Source of the DNA: Anthoceros angustus
Taxonomy: Eukaryota > Plantae > Anthocerotophyta
Direction of reading: 5' to 3'
Assembly: GCA_010909165.1 (NCBI GenBank)
Contig: MU008179.1
Location: 558,001-622,000 of the forward strand
DNA length: 64,000 bases
Numbering within the stretch: the stretch's first letter is position 1; each line of letters opens with the position of its first letter. Shown here one piece after another: positions 32,006 through 45,995 of this stretch. The notes beneath the pieces are model-generated. The model was not told the origin of the DNA. It made no database searches and saw only the letters and a list, made by a program, of their open reading frames with translations. Made by a program: the position numbers and the translations under genes.

Positions 32006-35000
32006 GCTGTCAAGTTCAAGGCTTTTCAAAGTTTGCAAATACGCTAATACGGCGGAAGCACTTGCGCCAGCCACCGCTATTGTGGACGGCAAGGTATCCA
32101 AGGGTCTCAAAGTTTTGAAGAAGGAAGTGCGAGGGGCACACTCGCTACTGCCGATTCAAGACTGGCCAAAATCGTCAGCGATAAATTTGTAAAGATAATT
32201 GGCATTCTCGCGTCAGTTGATTCACTGGAGTCCCAGTGACAACATGGTCATAATCTTCAGGACGTGCTTTCTGGTTTGACTGTCACACAACACCAATTGT
32301 ATATATAACAGCGCAGTCATGGAGCTCATGAGAGGAGTCCGCTCACAGCTAGCTGCGCTCATTAGTGGACTTGCAGGACAACACATGGGTGCCATGAGTC
32401 TTGGGCTCTCACAGCCTGTCCAGATACGAACTCAAATTTAGTCCTGATAAGGTGCGGACCTGGGATGACCTTGTAGCGATTAGGTGGAGTTGGAATGCCA
32501 GGATCGGGTTTCCTTGTTAATTATTCTGTCTTTTCTGATGTTTCTTGCTCGTTTAAGAATAGCGTCCAAGCTGAGTTCTCTTTGTTGTTTTGTTCATGGC
32601 GTTTCAGGTGGACACCATGATTGTCCAGGCTATTGGGCTTCTAGATGATTTGGATAAGGAATTGAATACATATGCTATGCGTGTTCGGGAATGGTATGGG
32701 TGGCACTTTCCAGAGCTGGGAAACATTGTTCAGGACAGCATAAGTACGCAAAAGTAGTGAACTTGATGGGCAGTAGAGAGAGTGTGGGCGAAATCGACGT
32801 CTCCGGAGTAAGAACTTGCCCCTGCTGCATTGCATGCACTTGGTCTTGGTTGCTGGTCAGTTGACGTTGATTCAGCGCATGATGATGTGCTTGCTTTGCA
32901 GATTTTAGAGGAGGAGGTTGAGGCGGAAATGAAGGAAGCTGCTAACGTCTCCATGGGCACAGCAGTTAGTCGGCACGATATGTTAAATATCAAAGCTCTT
33001 TGTGACCAAGTCATAGCCCTTGCAGAATACTGAGGCCAGTTATATGATTATCTGCGAACCAGAATGATTACCATTGCACCCAATCTAACTACAATGGTGG
33101 GAGAGCTTGTTGGTGCCAGTTGATCGCACATGCTGGGAGTCTTATCAACCTTGCCAAGCAACCAGCCAGTACTGTGCAGATCTTGGGTGCGGAAAAGGCG
33201 TGTCGCTGGTCTTGCAGTTGTGTCTGGCGGCCAAGGAGATGTGTGAGGGTGCGGTGAAGGCTTTGCAGGCTGAGGTGGCGCGGCTGACTGATGAGGCGGA
33301 GAGGAGCAGGTCGGAGATGGAGGAAAGGGATAGAGCTCGCTGGTCTGCTGAACAGAAGTCTGAAATGGCGGGGCAGGTGGGAGGGGCACACTCGCTACTG
33401 CCGATTCAAGACTGGCCAAAATCGTCAGCGATAAATTTGTAAAGATAATTGGCATTCTCGCGTCAGTTGATTCACTGGAGTCCCAGTGACAACATGGTCA
33501 TAATCTTCAGGACGTGCTTTCTGGTTTGACTGTCACACAACACCAATTGTATATATAACAGCGCAGTCATGGAGCTCATGAGAGGAGTCCGCTCACAGCT
33601 AGCTGCGCTCATTAGTGGACTTGCAGGACAACACATGGGTGCCATGAGTCTTGGGCTCTCGCACAGCCTGTCCAGATACGAACTCAAATTTAGTCCTGAT
33701 AAGGTGCGGACCTGGGATGACCTTGTAGCGATTAGGTGGAGTTGGAATGCCAGGATCAGGTTTCCTTGTTAATTATTCTGTCTTTTCTGATGTTTCTTGC
33801 TCGTTTAAGAATAGCGTCCAAGCTGAGTTCTCTTTGTTGTTTTGTTCATGGCGTTTCAGGTGGACACCATGATTGTCCAGGCTATTGGGCTTCTAGATGA
33901 TTTGGATAAGGAATTGAATACATATGCTATGCGTGTTCGGGAATGGTATGGGTGGCACTTTCCAGAGCTGGGAAACATTGTTCAGGACAGCATAAAGTAC
34001 GCAAAAGTAGTGAACTTGATGGGCAGTAGAGAGAGTGTGGGCGAAATCGACGTCTCCGGAGTAAGAACTTGCCCCTGCTGCATTGCATGCACTTGGTCTT
34101 GGTTGCTGGTCAGTTGACGTTGATTCAGCGCATGATGATGTGCTTTGCAGATTTTAGAGGAGGAGGTTGAGGCGGAAATGAAGGAAGCTGCTAACGTCTC
34201 CATGGGCACAGCAGTTAGTCGGCACGATATGTTAAATATCAAAGCTCTTTGTGACCAAGTCATAGCCCTTGCAGAATACTGAGGCCAGTTATATGATTAT
34301 CTGCGAACCAGAATGATTACCATTGCACCCAATCTAACTACAATGGTGGGAGAGCTTGTTGGTGCCGGTTGATCGCACATGCTGGGAGTCTTATCAACCT
34401 TGCCAAGCAACCAGCCAGTACTGTGCAGATCTTGGGTGCGGAAAAGGCGTGTCGCTGGTCTTGCAGTTGTGTCTGGCGGCCAAGGAGATGTGTGAGGGTG
34501 CGGTGAAGGCTTTGCAGGCTGAGGTGGCGCGGCTGACTGATGAGGCGGAGAGGAGCAGGTCGGAGATGGAGGAAAGGGATAGAGCTCGCTGGTCTGCTGA
34601 ACAGAAGTCTGAAATGGCGGGGCAGGTGCGGGAGCAAGGGCACCGTGAGTCCGTCGCTGAGCAGCAGGTGCTTGTTATGAGTAGGAAGGTTGACAGCTGG
34701 TCTGCAGCTGTTTTGTGGTTATTTGGTTTTACGTCTTGACTTATGCTTGTGCCATCTGTGATGCAGGCTCTCTTCAGGGCTCTGAAGACAAAGCATGAGA
34801 CTCAAAATATGGATTGATCTTTCATGCTTCACTCATTGGGCAGGCTCCCCGAAATTGAAGGAAAATTGCTCGCGTTCTTGCTGCCAAATCTGCCCTGTCA
34901 ACCCGTGTTGATGCTTTGGGAGATGATTCGAACTGCAGTATCGGTCTTGAAGATAGGCTGAAGGTTTGTGCTTTCTTACTGCAGCTGTGTCTGGATGAGA

Positions 35001-36092
35001 GTGGCTTGCGAGGTTCACAGTTCATCCGTGGAACTTGCATTAGGGTCCCGACGTTGTGACGTGTATTTTTATCATGTCTGATATCAGGTGGAGGCCCGCC
35101 TAAGGAGTTTAGAGGAGAGCCCTGAAAAGTTAAGTGGGGCCTCTAAGGGAATGCTAAGATTGAGGCATATGACAAGGACCGAAAGAAGGATGCTCCGGGC
35201 CTGATAACCGCTGCCAAGGTATATCTGTCTTTGAGCTCTCCTCTGCACGTTGTGAGAAATCAGAAGGAAAAGCCTGTTCTTTTAGTTGGGAGCTGCTGGG
35301 CCCCTATTGCTGTGATCTTCATGTGGGTTACCTACCTACCAGTGATGTCACCTAGGTGTTGTACCAGTGAGTGCAACTTTGTTGTGGCATGGCTAACCTA
35401 AGATTATGGTTTTGTTCAGTCATACAACCCAGCAGCCGACTCCACTGTGGGGCTGCTGCAGCCTGCGGAGACAGCAAGTGGTCAAGAAAAGAAGAAGAAG
35501 AAGAAGCGTGAGCCCGAAGAACCAGCAGCAGCGCCAGTAGCAGCTATTGAACCAGGTCCAGAAGAACCTCCGAAGAAGAAGAAGAAGAGGAAACCCGCAG
35601 TAGAAGAGGTTGTGGTGACTCCGGTGCCCGAGGAGCAACCGAAGGTTCTGTCTCGGTTCCTGTCTCTTGTTTAACCCCAATACCCCCTACTCACGTCCTT
35701 CGTGTTCTAAGTGTGTATTTCGCATGTCTCCAGAAGAAGAAGAAAGAAGGCTGCTGCTGCGACTGCCGTGGCAACTCCAACGCCACCAGTTGCAGACCAA
35801 CAGCAGCCTGTGAAGGTGGTTGTCTTACCTCTTGTTGCTTTTGTCGCTGTACTCATCCATGAGAACTTGATCAACGTTCCCGCCCAAATAGTGCGCCTCA
35901 TTAACCCTGGGTTCCTTCTCCTCGGCAGAGCAAGAAAGAAAAGGCTGAGCAATCAGCTACAGAAAAGGTGACGACGAAAAGCGCAAAGTCGAGGTCACAG
36001 TTGAAAAGACGACAGTTGAGGCGATAAACGGGTCGGAGAGTGTCGAGAAGAAGAAGAAGAAGAAGAAGAAGAAGAAGAAGCAGGCGGACTAA
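32006..36092 (+). pseudogene. NOP58: NOP58 pseudogene, unit B, empty copia site, internal duplication of exons 2-5
   Basis: Same exons as unit A; TGA at 33031 and 34280; intact CTCGGCAG|AGCAAG acceptor at 35921-35934; stop TAA 36090-36092. Confidence 0.93.
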
Positions 36093-37169
36093 TGTTAGAC
36101 CTGACTCTCCCTCTTTCAGGCCTGGAGGATCCTCTCTTCTGGTGGGATGGAAGGCCTTAATTTTGCTCCGTCACCTTGTTGGGTAGCCAACAGTATGTAT
36201 TGTTTATGGAAGTGTCTCCGGGACTCGGGAGAGGTGTGCCCGGTCTATCTAGGGCGCACAACCGATTTTGTGAAGGCTTCTCATAGCCTAGAGTGGCTCT
36301 CCCAGGCAAGAAATGAGGCAGGCTTCCGCCCGCCGAGCGCGAGGCAGGTCTGTTGGGGTGCTAGTCAAGCGTGTGTTGCCATAGTAGCTGAGAATCTCTG
36401 TCACCTTACAGCGCCTAACGCCTCCCGGAGAAGGCCGCCGCCCGCGTGAACCCATGCGGGGCCCTATCTCCATCGTGCCCACACATTTGTAACCAATCCG
36501 GCAGCAGGGCACTTGTGGCTGCCAGGATTGTAAGTTATCAAATTTGCAGGTGTTTGATGAAATGGCAGGTGTAAATGCTATCGAGGGCGCTCATGAGTCA
36601 CCTGGCACCACTCTTATGATCTGACCGACAGTTTTTCCACGTGCTACTCCTGCCTCCAAGGTGGTTGGTGTAGCATAGTGCTTCTTAGCTCTTCATAAAA
36701 GATGAAGTTGAGCTTTCTGACTCTTCAAAAAAGGCGAAGTTGAGCTTTCTGGCTCGGCCTGCCACACAGACAGAGAAAGGCAAAGTTGAGCCGTATTTGA
36801 CCTAGGTACCATATATGTATAGCTCTGTTAATGAATGGGATGTAAATGAATGAATTAAGGAGGCAGAGCCTAAACGTGAGGAGCTTTGAAATTATTGGTT
36901 CCCCGAGCCTGTTGCATTCCGATTGGAGGATTAGGAAGGGGCAAAAGCGGCAAGCAGGAAGCCCGGGCGCAAGGCGAGCATGGCTGCAGATGAGATATTT
37001 TGATGCGTGGAAAGCGAGGATCAGATACACGCAAGGAAAGTGCACACTGCGCAGGCTCGTCAGCGAGCGGACTGGTACAAATAGCGGGCGGTTGGGCACT
37101 GCATTCCAACGATTTCATCCATCAATTTCAGCGCTTCCCGGGTCTCCGAGTCGTCGTGCGAATCGAGCC

Positions 37170-37814
37170 ATGGCAGCATCCCAGCTCCTGTTCCTGGCCG
37201 TGGCCATGGCGGCAGCAGCCCTGGTTGCAGGCGACGCGGAAGTGGTGGTGGATTTCTGCGTGACGGACCCGGCGCCCGGCAACTCCATCCGACCCACCGG
37301 AAGCCCCTGCAAGGCTCTGGCCGACGTCAAGTCCTCCGACTTCAAGTTCACGCTGGTGCCGGGCGCCCCGGGCGGCCGCCTCAACTTCGGCGTCGCGGTG
37401 GGCTTCGCCGACCAGTGGGGCGGGCTCAACGGCCTGCAGGTTGCCATCGCGAGGCTGGATTTCGGAAAGGGCGGCCAGATCCTCCCACCACCACCCGCGC
37501 GCCACCGAGATCTTCTACGTGGTGAAGGGGCAAGGTGCTGAACGGCTTCATCGACTCCGCCGGCACCCTGTACGAGGAGGTGTTGAGCGCGGGCCAGGCC
37601 TTCGTCTTCCCCAGAGGCCTCATCCACTACCAGCAGAACGTGGGCAAGGGCCCCGCCTACGGCATCTCCTCCTTCAACAGCCAGAGCCCCGGCCTGCAGC
37701 TCACATTCAACGCCGTCCTCGAATCCAACCCCTCATTTCCTCCAAGGATCTCGCCCAAACTCTCAACGTCAAGAAGAGCGAGGTCGACTCCTGCGCAAGG
37801 CCTTTGGAGCCTAA
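37170..37814 (+). CDS. Germin-like protein, copy 2
   Basis: Near-identical to 29552-30194; indels at C/G runs. Confidence 0.9.
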
Positions 37815-39412
37815 TCGTTCAGCACCTGTCCGCCTCCGGATCCGGAGCTTCCTCGTTCAGGTCCCCTAGTGTGTCCCCAGTTGTTCCCAGTCCTAGTCCA
37901 GTCCGGTGACACCAGTGATAGGGATATGTAAGCAAGCGCACCGATTAATGCTCGCTGCGGATTTGATCTTTGCTTTTTCCTTGGGGAGACAGTCACGGCC
38001 CAGGCCTGGCTGTGCCAGTGGTAGCCATCTCCTCAACGTTTTACATTTTATCACATGACCTTGTGTGAGCACACGTCCCTCTCGGCAACCCAGTGCCGTA
38101 CACTCTACGCCCATGAGTTTACTCGTAAACCCTTGGCCTGCATGTGTGCTTTGTGGTGCTAGGTGCGCAAGCTAGTGTTCCATCGTTGTTCAGCAGACGA
38201 CTGAATCAGGAACAATGTTCTCGAAACCGGAAGATCAGCAGCCGCATACGCCCGCACCATGCTTCCGGATATGGAACAAGGGTTGAGAGATGCAGGTTGT
38301 GCGATAAAGGACTTCAGCTACGTCCGAATATCGGAAGGACAACGTACCCACACCTCCCCACGTGCGCCATGTCTCCGAGTCCCGAACAATATTCGCAAGA
38401 TCCGTTTTGGTCTTGCACCGTGTCCCGACGCCATCCTTCAGACAATCCCGTTTTGGAAGGGGCTTCCTTGGTCAGGAACCAGACCTGTTCGCCCATAATA
38501 TGGTTTAAAGCCTTTTGACCCATAATATGTTCTGCGCCTCTCCCAAGGTGGCTCCTGCAGCAAAGTGCACTTTGCCTCGGCTCACAACTGCATTGAAGGC
38601 TGTCAATATTAAAATATTGAAGGCTGTCAATATTAAAATGATGTACGCAGGCATGATGTAGGTATCAGGGAGGCAGATATGCCTGCAATGCATGTCAGTG
38701 GCCGCAGATTGGTGAACTTGTTGGTTAGCCCTGAAAGCTGCAAGCAGAACAAGGAGAAGGTATGTGGGCAAGGGCCCCGCCTACGTGGCCAGAACTTGGG
38801 CGGGCCCCTTGCCCAGCCAGATTGAATAAAAGTCTTCTCAGCTTATCTGCATACTCAAAGGCCCCAGCAAAGCTGCAATTGCAAGCAGGAAGCCCGGCGC
38901 AAAGCGAGCATGGCTGCATATGAGATATTTTGTTGCGTGGAAAGCGAGAGTCAGATACACGTAGGGAAAGTCCTCTTCAAAGCTGCAATTGCCCTTGCAA
39001 GCAGGAAGCCCGGGCGCAAAGCGAGCATGGCGGCCCATGGGATTACATGATTTGATGCGTGGAATTTGAAAGCATGGGTCAGATACATGGAGGGTCGAGA
39101 CTCAAAGTATTGGAATAGAACATCCTAGATAGATGGGCACATCCCAGATGTGAACAGTCACGCCCTTTCGGGGTGACTACAAAAGGCACAACGTACCCAA
39201 GGCATTGACTCTTTCCTAATCATTCTTCCTTCTCCTCCATCCCTCTCCACATACGCATAGATTGATCTGCCTGATTTCCTATACAAAGCGCACATGAACA
39301 TTGCACACTGCACAGGCTCGTAAGCCAACGAACTGGTACAAAAAGCGGGCCGTTGGTCACTGCATTCCAGGTATCCAGCCACGTCATCTCCTCTCGTCGT
39401 CTGGATCGAGCC

Positions 39413-39600
39413 ATGGCCGCATCCCGGCTCCTGCAGCGGCGACGGTCGCAGGCGACGCGGAACTGGCGCTGGACTTCTGCGTAACGGACCCGCCGTCCGG
39501 CAACTCCATCCGGCCCACCGGAGGCGCCTGCACCATGGCCGCATCCCGGCTCCTGTTCCTGGCCCTGGCCATGGCAGCAGCGGCCATGCTCCCAGGCGAC
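39413..39600 (+). pseudogene. Truncated germin-like 5' fragments, unit C
   Basis: As 1175-1362; second ATG at 39535. Confidence 0.88.
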
Positions 39601-39630
39601 TTTCTGCTCATTATACTCCTTCCACCGCAG

Positions 39631-42466
39631 GCTGTCAAGTTCAAGGCTTTTCAAAGTTTGCAAATACGCTAATACGGCGGAAGCACTTGCGGCAGCCACC
39701 GCTATTGTGGACGGCAAGGTATCCAAGGGTCTCAAAGTTTTTGAAGAAGGAAGTGCGAGGGGCACACTCGCTACTGCCGATTCAAGACTGGCCAAAATCG
39801 TCAGCGATAAATTTGTAAAGATAATTGGCATTCTCGCGTCAGTTGATTCACTGGAGTCCCAGTGACAACATGGTCATAATCTTCAGGACGTGCTTTCTGG
39901 TTTGACTGTCACACAACACCAATTGTATATATAACAGCGCAGTCATGGACCTCATGAGAGGAGTCCGCTCACAGCTAGCTGCGCTCATTAGTGGACTTGC
40001 AGGACAACACATGGGTGCCATGAGTCTTGGGCTCTCGCACAGCCTGTCCAGATACGAACTCAAATTTAGTCCTGATAAGGTGCGGACCTGGGATGACCTT
40101 GTAGCGATTAGGTGGAGTTGGAATGCCAGGATCAGGTTTCCTTGTTAATTATTCTGTCTTTTCTGATGTTTCTTGCTCGTTTAAGAATAGCGTCAAGCTG
40201 AGTTCTCTTTGTTGTTTTGGTCATGGCGTTTCAGGTGGACACCATGATTGTCCAGGCTATTGGGCTTCTAGATGATTTGGATAAGGAATTGAATACATAT
40301 GCTATGCGTGTTCGGGAATGGTATGGGTGGCACTTTCCAGAGCTGGGAAACATTGTTCAGGACAGCATTAAGTACGCAAAAGTAGTGAACTTGATGGGCA
40401 GTAGAGAGTGTGGGCGAAATCGACGTCTCCGGAGTAAGAACTTGCCCCTGCTGCATTGCATGCACTTGGTCTTGGTTGCTGGTCAGTTGACGTTGATTCA
40501 GCGCATGATGATGTGCTTGCTTTGCAGATTTTAGAGGAGGAGGTTGAGGCGGAAATGAAGGAAGCTGCTAACGTCTCCATGGGCACAGCAGTTAGTCAGC
40601 ACGATATGTTAAATATCAAAGCTCTTTGTGACCAAGTCATAGCCCTTGCAGAATACTGAGGCCAGTTATATGATTATCTGCGAACCAGAATGATTACCAT
40701 TGCACCCAATCTAACTACAATGGTGGGAGAGCTTGTTGGTGCCCAGTTGATCGCACATGCTGGGAGTCTTATCAACCTTGCCAAGCAACCAGCCAGTACT
40801 GTGCAGATCTTGGGTGCGGAAAAGGCGTGTCGCTGGTCTTGCAGTTGTGTCTGGCGGCCAAGGAGATGTGTGAGGGTGCGGTGAAGGCTTTGCAGGCTGA
40901 GGTGGCGCGGCTGACTGATGAGGCGGAGAGGAGCAGGTCGGAGATGGAGGAAAGGGATAGAGCTCGCTGGTCTGCTGAACAGAAGTCTGAAATGGCGGGG
41001 CAGGTGGGAGCAAGGGCACCGTGAGTCCGTCGCTGAGCAGCAGGTGCTTGTTATGAGTAGGAAGGTTGACAGCTGGTCTGCTGCTGTTTTGTGGTTATTT
41101 GGTTTTACGTCTTGACTTATGCTTGTGCCATCTGTGATGCAGGCTCTCTTCAGGGCTCTGAAGACAAAGCATGAGACTCCAAAATATGGATTGATCTTTC
41201 ATGCTTCACTCATTGGGCAGGCTCCCCGAAATTCGAAGGAAAATTGCTCGCGTTCTTGCTGCCAAATCTGCCCTGTCAACCCGTGTTGATGCTTTGGGAG
41301 ATGATTCGAACTGCAGTATCGGTCTTGAAGATAGGCTGAAGGTTTGTGCTTTCTTACTGCAGCTGTGTCTGGATGAGAGTGGCTTGCGAGGTTCACAGTT
41401 CATCCGTGGAACTTGCATTAGGGTCCCGACGTTGTGACGTGTATTTTTATCATGTCTGATATCAGGTGGAGGCCCGCCTAAGGAGTTTAGAGGAGAGCCC
41501 TGAAAAGTTAAGTGGGGCCTCTAAGGGAATGCTAAGATTGAGGCATATGACAAGGACCGAAAGAAGGATGCTCCGGGCCTGATAACCGCTGCCAAGGTAT
41601 ATCTGTCTTTTGAGCTCTCCTCTGCATGTTGAGAGAAATCAGAAGGAAAAGCCTGTTCTTTTAGTTGGGAGCTGCTGGGCCCCTATTGCTGTGATCTTCA
41701 TGTGGGTTACCTACCTACCAGTGATGTCACCTAGGTGTTGTACCAGTGAGTGCAACTTTGTTGTGGCATGGCTAACTTAAGATTATGGTTTTGTTCAGTC
41801 ATACAACCCAGCAGCCGACTCCACTGTGGGCTGCCGCAGCCTGCGGAGACAGCAAGTGGTCAAGAAAAGAAGAAGAAGAAGAAGCGTGAACCCGAAGAAC
41901 CAGCAGCAGCGCCAGTAGCAGCTATTGAACCAGCTCCAGAAGAACCTCCGAAGAAGAAGAAGAGGAAACCCGCAGTAGAAGAGGTTGTGGTGACTCCGGT
42001 GCCGAGGAGGAACCGAAGGTTCTGTCTCGGTTCCTGTCTCTTGTTTAGCCCCGATACCCCTACTCACGTCCTTCGTGTTCTAAGTCTGTATTTCGCATGT
42101 CTCCAGAAGAAGAAGAAAGAGAAGGCTGCTGCTGCGACTGCCGTGGCAACTCAACGCCACCAGTTGCAGACCAACAGCAGCCTGTGAAGGTGGTTGTCTT
42201 ACCTCTTGTTGCTTTTGTCGCTGTACTCATCCATGAGAACTTGATCAACGTTCCCGCCCAAATAGTGCGCCTCATTAACCCTGGGTTCCTTCTCCTCGGC
42301 AGAGCAAGAAAGAAAAGGCTGAGCAATCAGCTACAGAAAAGGTGACGACGAAAAGCGCAAAGTCGAGGTCACAGTTGAAAAGACGACAGTTGAGGCGATA
42401 AACGGGTCGGAGAGTGTCGAGAAGAAGAAGAAGAAGAAGAAGAAGAAGAAGAAGCAGGCGGACTAA
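39631..42466 (+). pseudogene. NOP58: NOP58 pseudogene, unit C, empty copia site
   Basis: All exons from exon 2 to the final K-rich exon; TGA at 40657-40659; stop TAA 42464-42466. Confidence 0.94.
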
Positions 42467-43542
42467 TGTTAGACCTGACTCTCCCTCTTTCAGGCCTGGA
42501 GGATCCTCTCTTCTGGTGGGATGGAAGGCCTTAATTTTGCTTCCGTCACCTTGTTGGGTAGCCAACAGTATGTATTGTTTATGGAAGTGTCTCCGGGACT
42601 CGGGGAGGTGTGCCCGGTCTATCTAGGGCGCACAACCGATTTTGTGAAGGCTTCTCATAGCCTAGAGTGGCTCTCCCAGGCAAGAAATGAGGCAGGCTTC
42701 CGCCCGCCGAGCGCGAGGTAGGTCTGTTGGGGTGCTAGTCAAGCGTGTGTTGCCATAGTAGCTGAGAATCTCTGTCACCTCACAGCGCCTAACGCCTCCC
42801 GGAGAAGGCCGCCGCCCGCGTGAACCCATGCGGGGCCCCTATCTCCATCGTGCCCACACATTTGTAACCAATCCGGCAGCAGGGCACTTGTGGCTGCCAG
42901 CATTGTAAGTTATCAAATTTGCAGGTGTTTGATGAAATGGCAGGTGTAAATGCTATCGAGGGCGCTCATGAGTCACCTGGCACCACTCTTATGATCTGAC
43001 CGACAGTTTTTCCACGTGCTACGCCTGCCTCCAAGGTGGTTGGTGTAGCATAGTGCTTCTTAGCTCTTCATAAAAGATGAAGTTGAGCTTTCTGACTCTT
43101 CAAAAAGGCGAAGTTGAGCTTTCTGGCTCGGCCTGCCACACAGACAGAGAAAGGCAAAGTTGAGCCGTATTTGACCTAGGTACCATATATGTATAGCTCT
43201 GTTAATGAATGGGATGTAAATGAATGAATTAAGGAGGCAGAGCCTAAACGTGAGGAGCTTTGAAATTATTGGTTCCCCTGAGCCTGTTGCATTCCGATTG
43301 GAGGATTAGGAAGGGGCAAAAGCGGCAAGCAGGAAGCCCGGCGCAAGGCGAGCATGGCTGCAGATGAGATATTTTGATGCGTGGAAAGCGAGGATCAGAT
43401 ACACGCAAGGAAAGTGCACACTGCGCAGGCTCGTCAGCGAGCGGACTGGTACAAATAGCGGGCGGTTGGGCACTGCATTCCAACGATTTCATCCATCAAT
43501 TTCAGCGCTTCCGGGTCTCCGAGTCGTCGTGCGAATCGAGCC

Positions 43543-44185
43543 ATGGCAGCATCCCAGCTCCTGTTCCTGGCCGTGGCCATGGCGGCAGCAGCCCTGGTTG
43601 CAGGCGACGCGGAAGTGGTGGTGGATTTCTGCGTGACGGACCCGGCGCCCGGCAACTCCATCCGACCCACCGGAAGCCCCTGCAAGGCTCTGGCCGACGT
43701 CAAGTCCTCCGACTTCAAGTTCACGCTGGTGCCGGGCGCCCCGGGCGGCCGCCTCAACTTCGGCGTCGCGGTGGGCTTCGCCGACCAGTGGGGCGGGCTC
43801 AACGGCCTGCAGGTTGCCATCGCGAGGCTGGATTTCGGAAAGGGCGGCCAGATCCTCCCACCACCACCCGCGCGCCACCGAGATCTTCTACGTGGTGAAG
43901 GGCAAGGTGCTGAACGGCTTCATCGACTCCGCCGGCACCCTGTACGAGGAGGTGTTGAGCGCGGCCAGGCCTTCGTCTTCCCCAGAGGCCTCATCCACTA
44001 CCAGCAGAACGTGGGCAAGGGCCCCGCCTACGGCATCTCCTCCTTCAACAGCCAGAGCCCCGGCCTGCAGCTCACATTCAACGCCGTCCTCGAATCCAAC
44101 CCCTCATTTCCTCCAAGGATCTCGCCCAAACTCTCAACGTCAAGAAGAGCGAGGTCGACTCCTGCGCAAGGCCTTTGGAGCCTAA
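43543..44185 (+). CDS. Germin-like protein, copy 3
   Basis: Near-identical to the other two GLP copies; stop TAA 44183-44185. Confidence 0.9.
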
Positions 44186-45778
44186 TCGTTCAGCACCTGT
44201 CCGCCTCCGGATCCGGAGCTTCCTCGTTCAGGTCCCCTAGTGTGTCCCCAGTTGTTCCCAGTCCTAGTCCAGTCCGGTGACACCAGTGATAGGGATATAA
44301 GCAAGCGCACCGATTAATGCTCGCTGCGGATTTGATCTTTTGCTTTTTCCTTGGGAGACAGTCACGGCCCAGGCCTGGCTGTGCCAGTGGTAGCCATCTC
44401 CTCAACGTTTTACATTTTATCACATGACCTTGTGTGAGCACACGTCCCTCTCGGCAACCCAGTGCCGTACACTCTACGCCCATGAGTTTACTCGTAAACC
44501 CTTGGCCTGCATGTGTGCTTTGTGGTGCTAGGTGCGCAAGCTAGTGTTCCATCGTTGTTCAGCAGACGACTGAATCAGGAACAATGTTCTCGAAACCGGA
44601 AGATCAGCAGCCGCATACGCCCGCACCATGCTTCCGGATATGGAACAAGGGTTGAGAGATGCAGGTTGTGCGATAAAGGACTTCAGCTACGTCCGAATAT
44701 CGGAAGGACAACGTACCCACACCTCCCACGTGCGCCATGTCTCCGAGTCCCGAACAATATTCGCAAGATCCGTTTTGGTCTTGCACCGTGTCCCGACGCC
44801 ATCCTTCAGACAATCCCGTTTTGGAAGGGGCTTCCTTGGTCAGGAACCAGACCTGTTCGCCCATAATATGGTTTAAAGCCTTTTGACCCATAATATGTTC
44901 TGCGCCTCTCCCAAGGTGGCTCCTGCAGCAAAGTGCACTTTGCCTCGGCTCACAACTGCATTGAAGGCTGTCAATATTAAAATATTGAAGGCTGTCAATA
45001 TTAAAATGATGTACGCAGGCATGATGTAGGTATCAGGGAGGCAGATATGCCTGCAATGCATGTCAGTGGCCGCAGATTGGTGAACTTGTTGGTTAGCCCT
45101 GAAAGCTGCAAGCAGAACAAGGAGAAGGTATGTGGGCAAGGGCCCCGCCTACGTGGCCAGAACTTGGGCGGGCCCCTTGCCCAGCCAGATTGAATAAAAG
45201 TCTTCTCAGCTTATCTGCATACTCAAAGGCCCCAGCAAAGCTGCAATTGCAAGCAGGAAGCCCGGCGCAAAGCGAGCATGGCTGCATATGAGATATTTTG
45301 TTGCGTGGAAAGCGAGAGTCAGATACACGTAGGAAAGTCCTCTTCAAAGCTGCAATTGCCTTGCAAGCAGGAAGCCCGGGCGCAAAGCCAGCATGGCGGC
45401 CCATGGGATTACATGATTTGATGCGTGGAATTTGAAAGCATGGGTCAGATACATGGAGGGTCGAGACTCAAAGTATTGGAATAGAACATCCTAGATAGAT
45501 GGGCACATCCCAGATGTGAACAGTCACGCCCTTTCGGGGTGACTACAAAAGGCACAACGTACCCAAGGCATTGACTCTTTCCTAATCATTCTTCCTTCTC
45601 CTCCATCCCTCTCCACATACGCATAGATTGATCTGCCTGATTTCCTATACAAAGCGCACATGAACATTGCACACTGCACAGGCTCGTAAGCCAACGAACT
45701 GGTACAAAAAGCGGGCCGTTGGTCACTGCATTCCAGGTATCCAGCCACGTCATCTCCTCTCGTCGTCTGGATCGAGCC

Positions 45779-45966
45779 ATGGCCGCATCCCGGCTCCTGC
45801 AGCGGCGACGGTCGCAGGCGACGCGGAACTGGCGCTGGACTTCTGCGTAACGGACCCGCCGTCCGGCAACTCCATCCGGCCCACCGGAGGCGCCTGCACC
45901 ATGGCCGCATCCCGGCTCCTGTTCCTGGCCCTGGCCATGGCAGCAGCAGCCATGCTCCCAGGCGAC
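45779..45966 (+). pseudogene. Truncated germin-like 5' fragments, unit D
   Basis: As 1175-1362; second ATG at 45901. Confidence 0.88.
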
Positions 45967-45995
45967 TTCTGCTCATTATACTCCTTCCACCGCAG

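Larger units (their letters stand above)
28331..35926 (+). repeat. Tandem unit B (7.6 kb; includes a ~1.25-kb internal duplication)
   Basis: GLP ATG spacing 29552 to 37170 = 7618 bp; NOP58 segment ~32130-33380 repeated at ~33381-34630. Confidence 0.93.
35927..42300 (+). repeat. Tandem unit C (6374 bp)
   Basis: AGAGC site 35927 to AGAGC site 42301; GLP ATG 37170 to 43543 = 6373 bp. Confidence 0.95.
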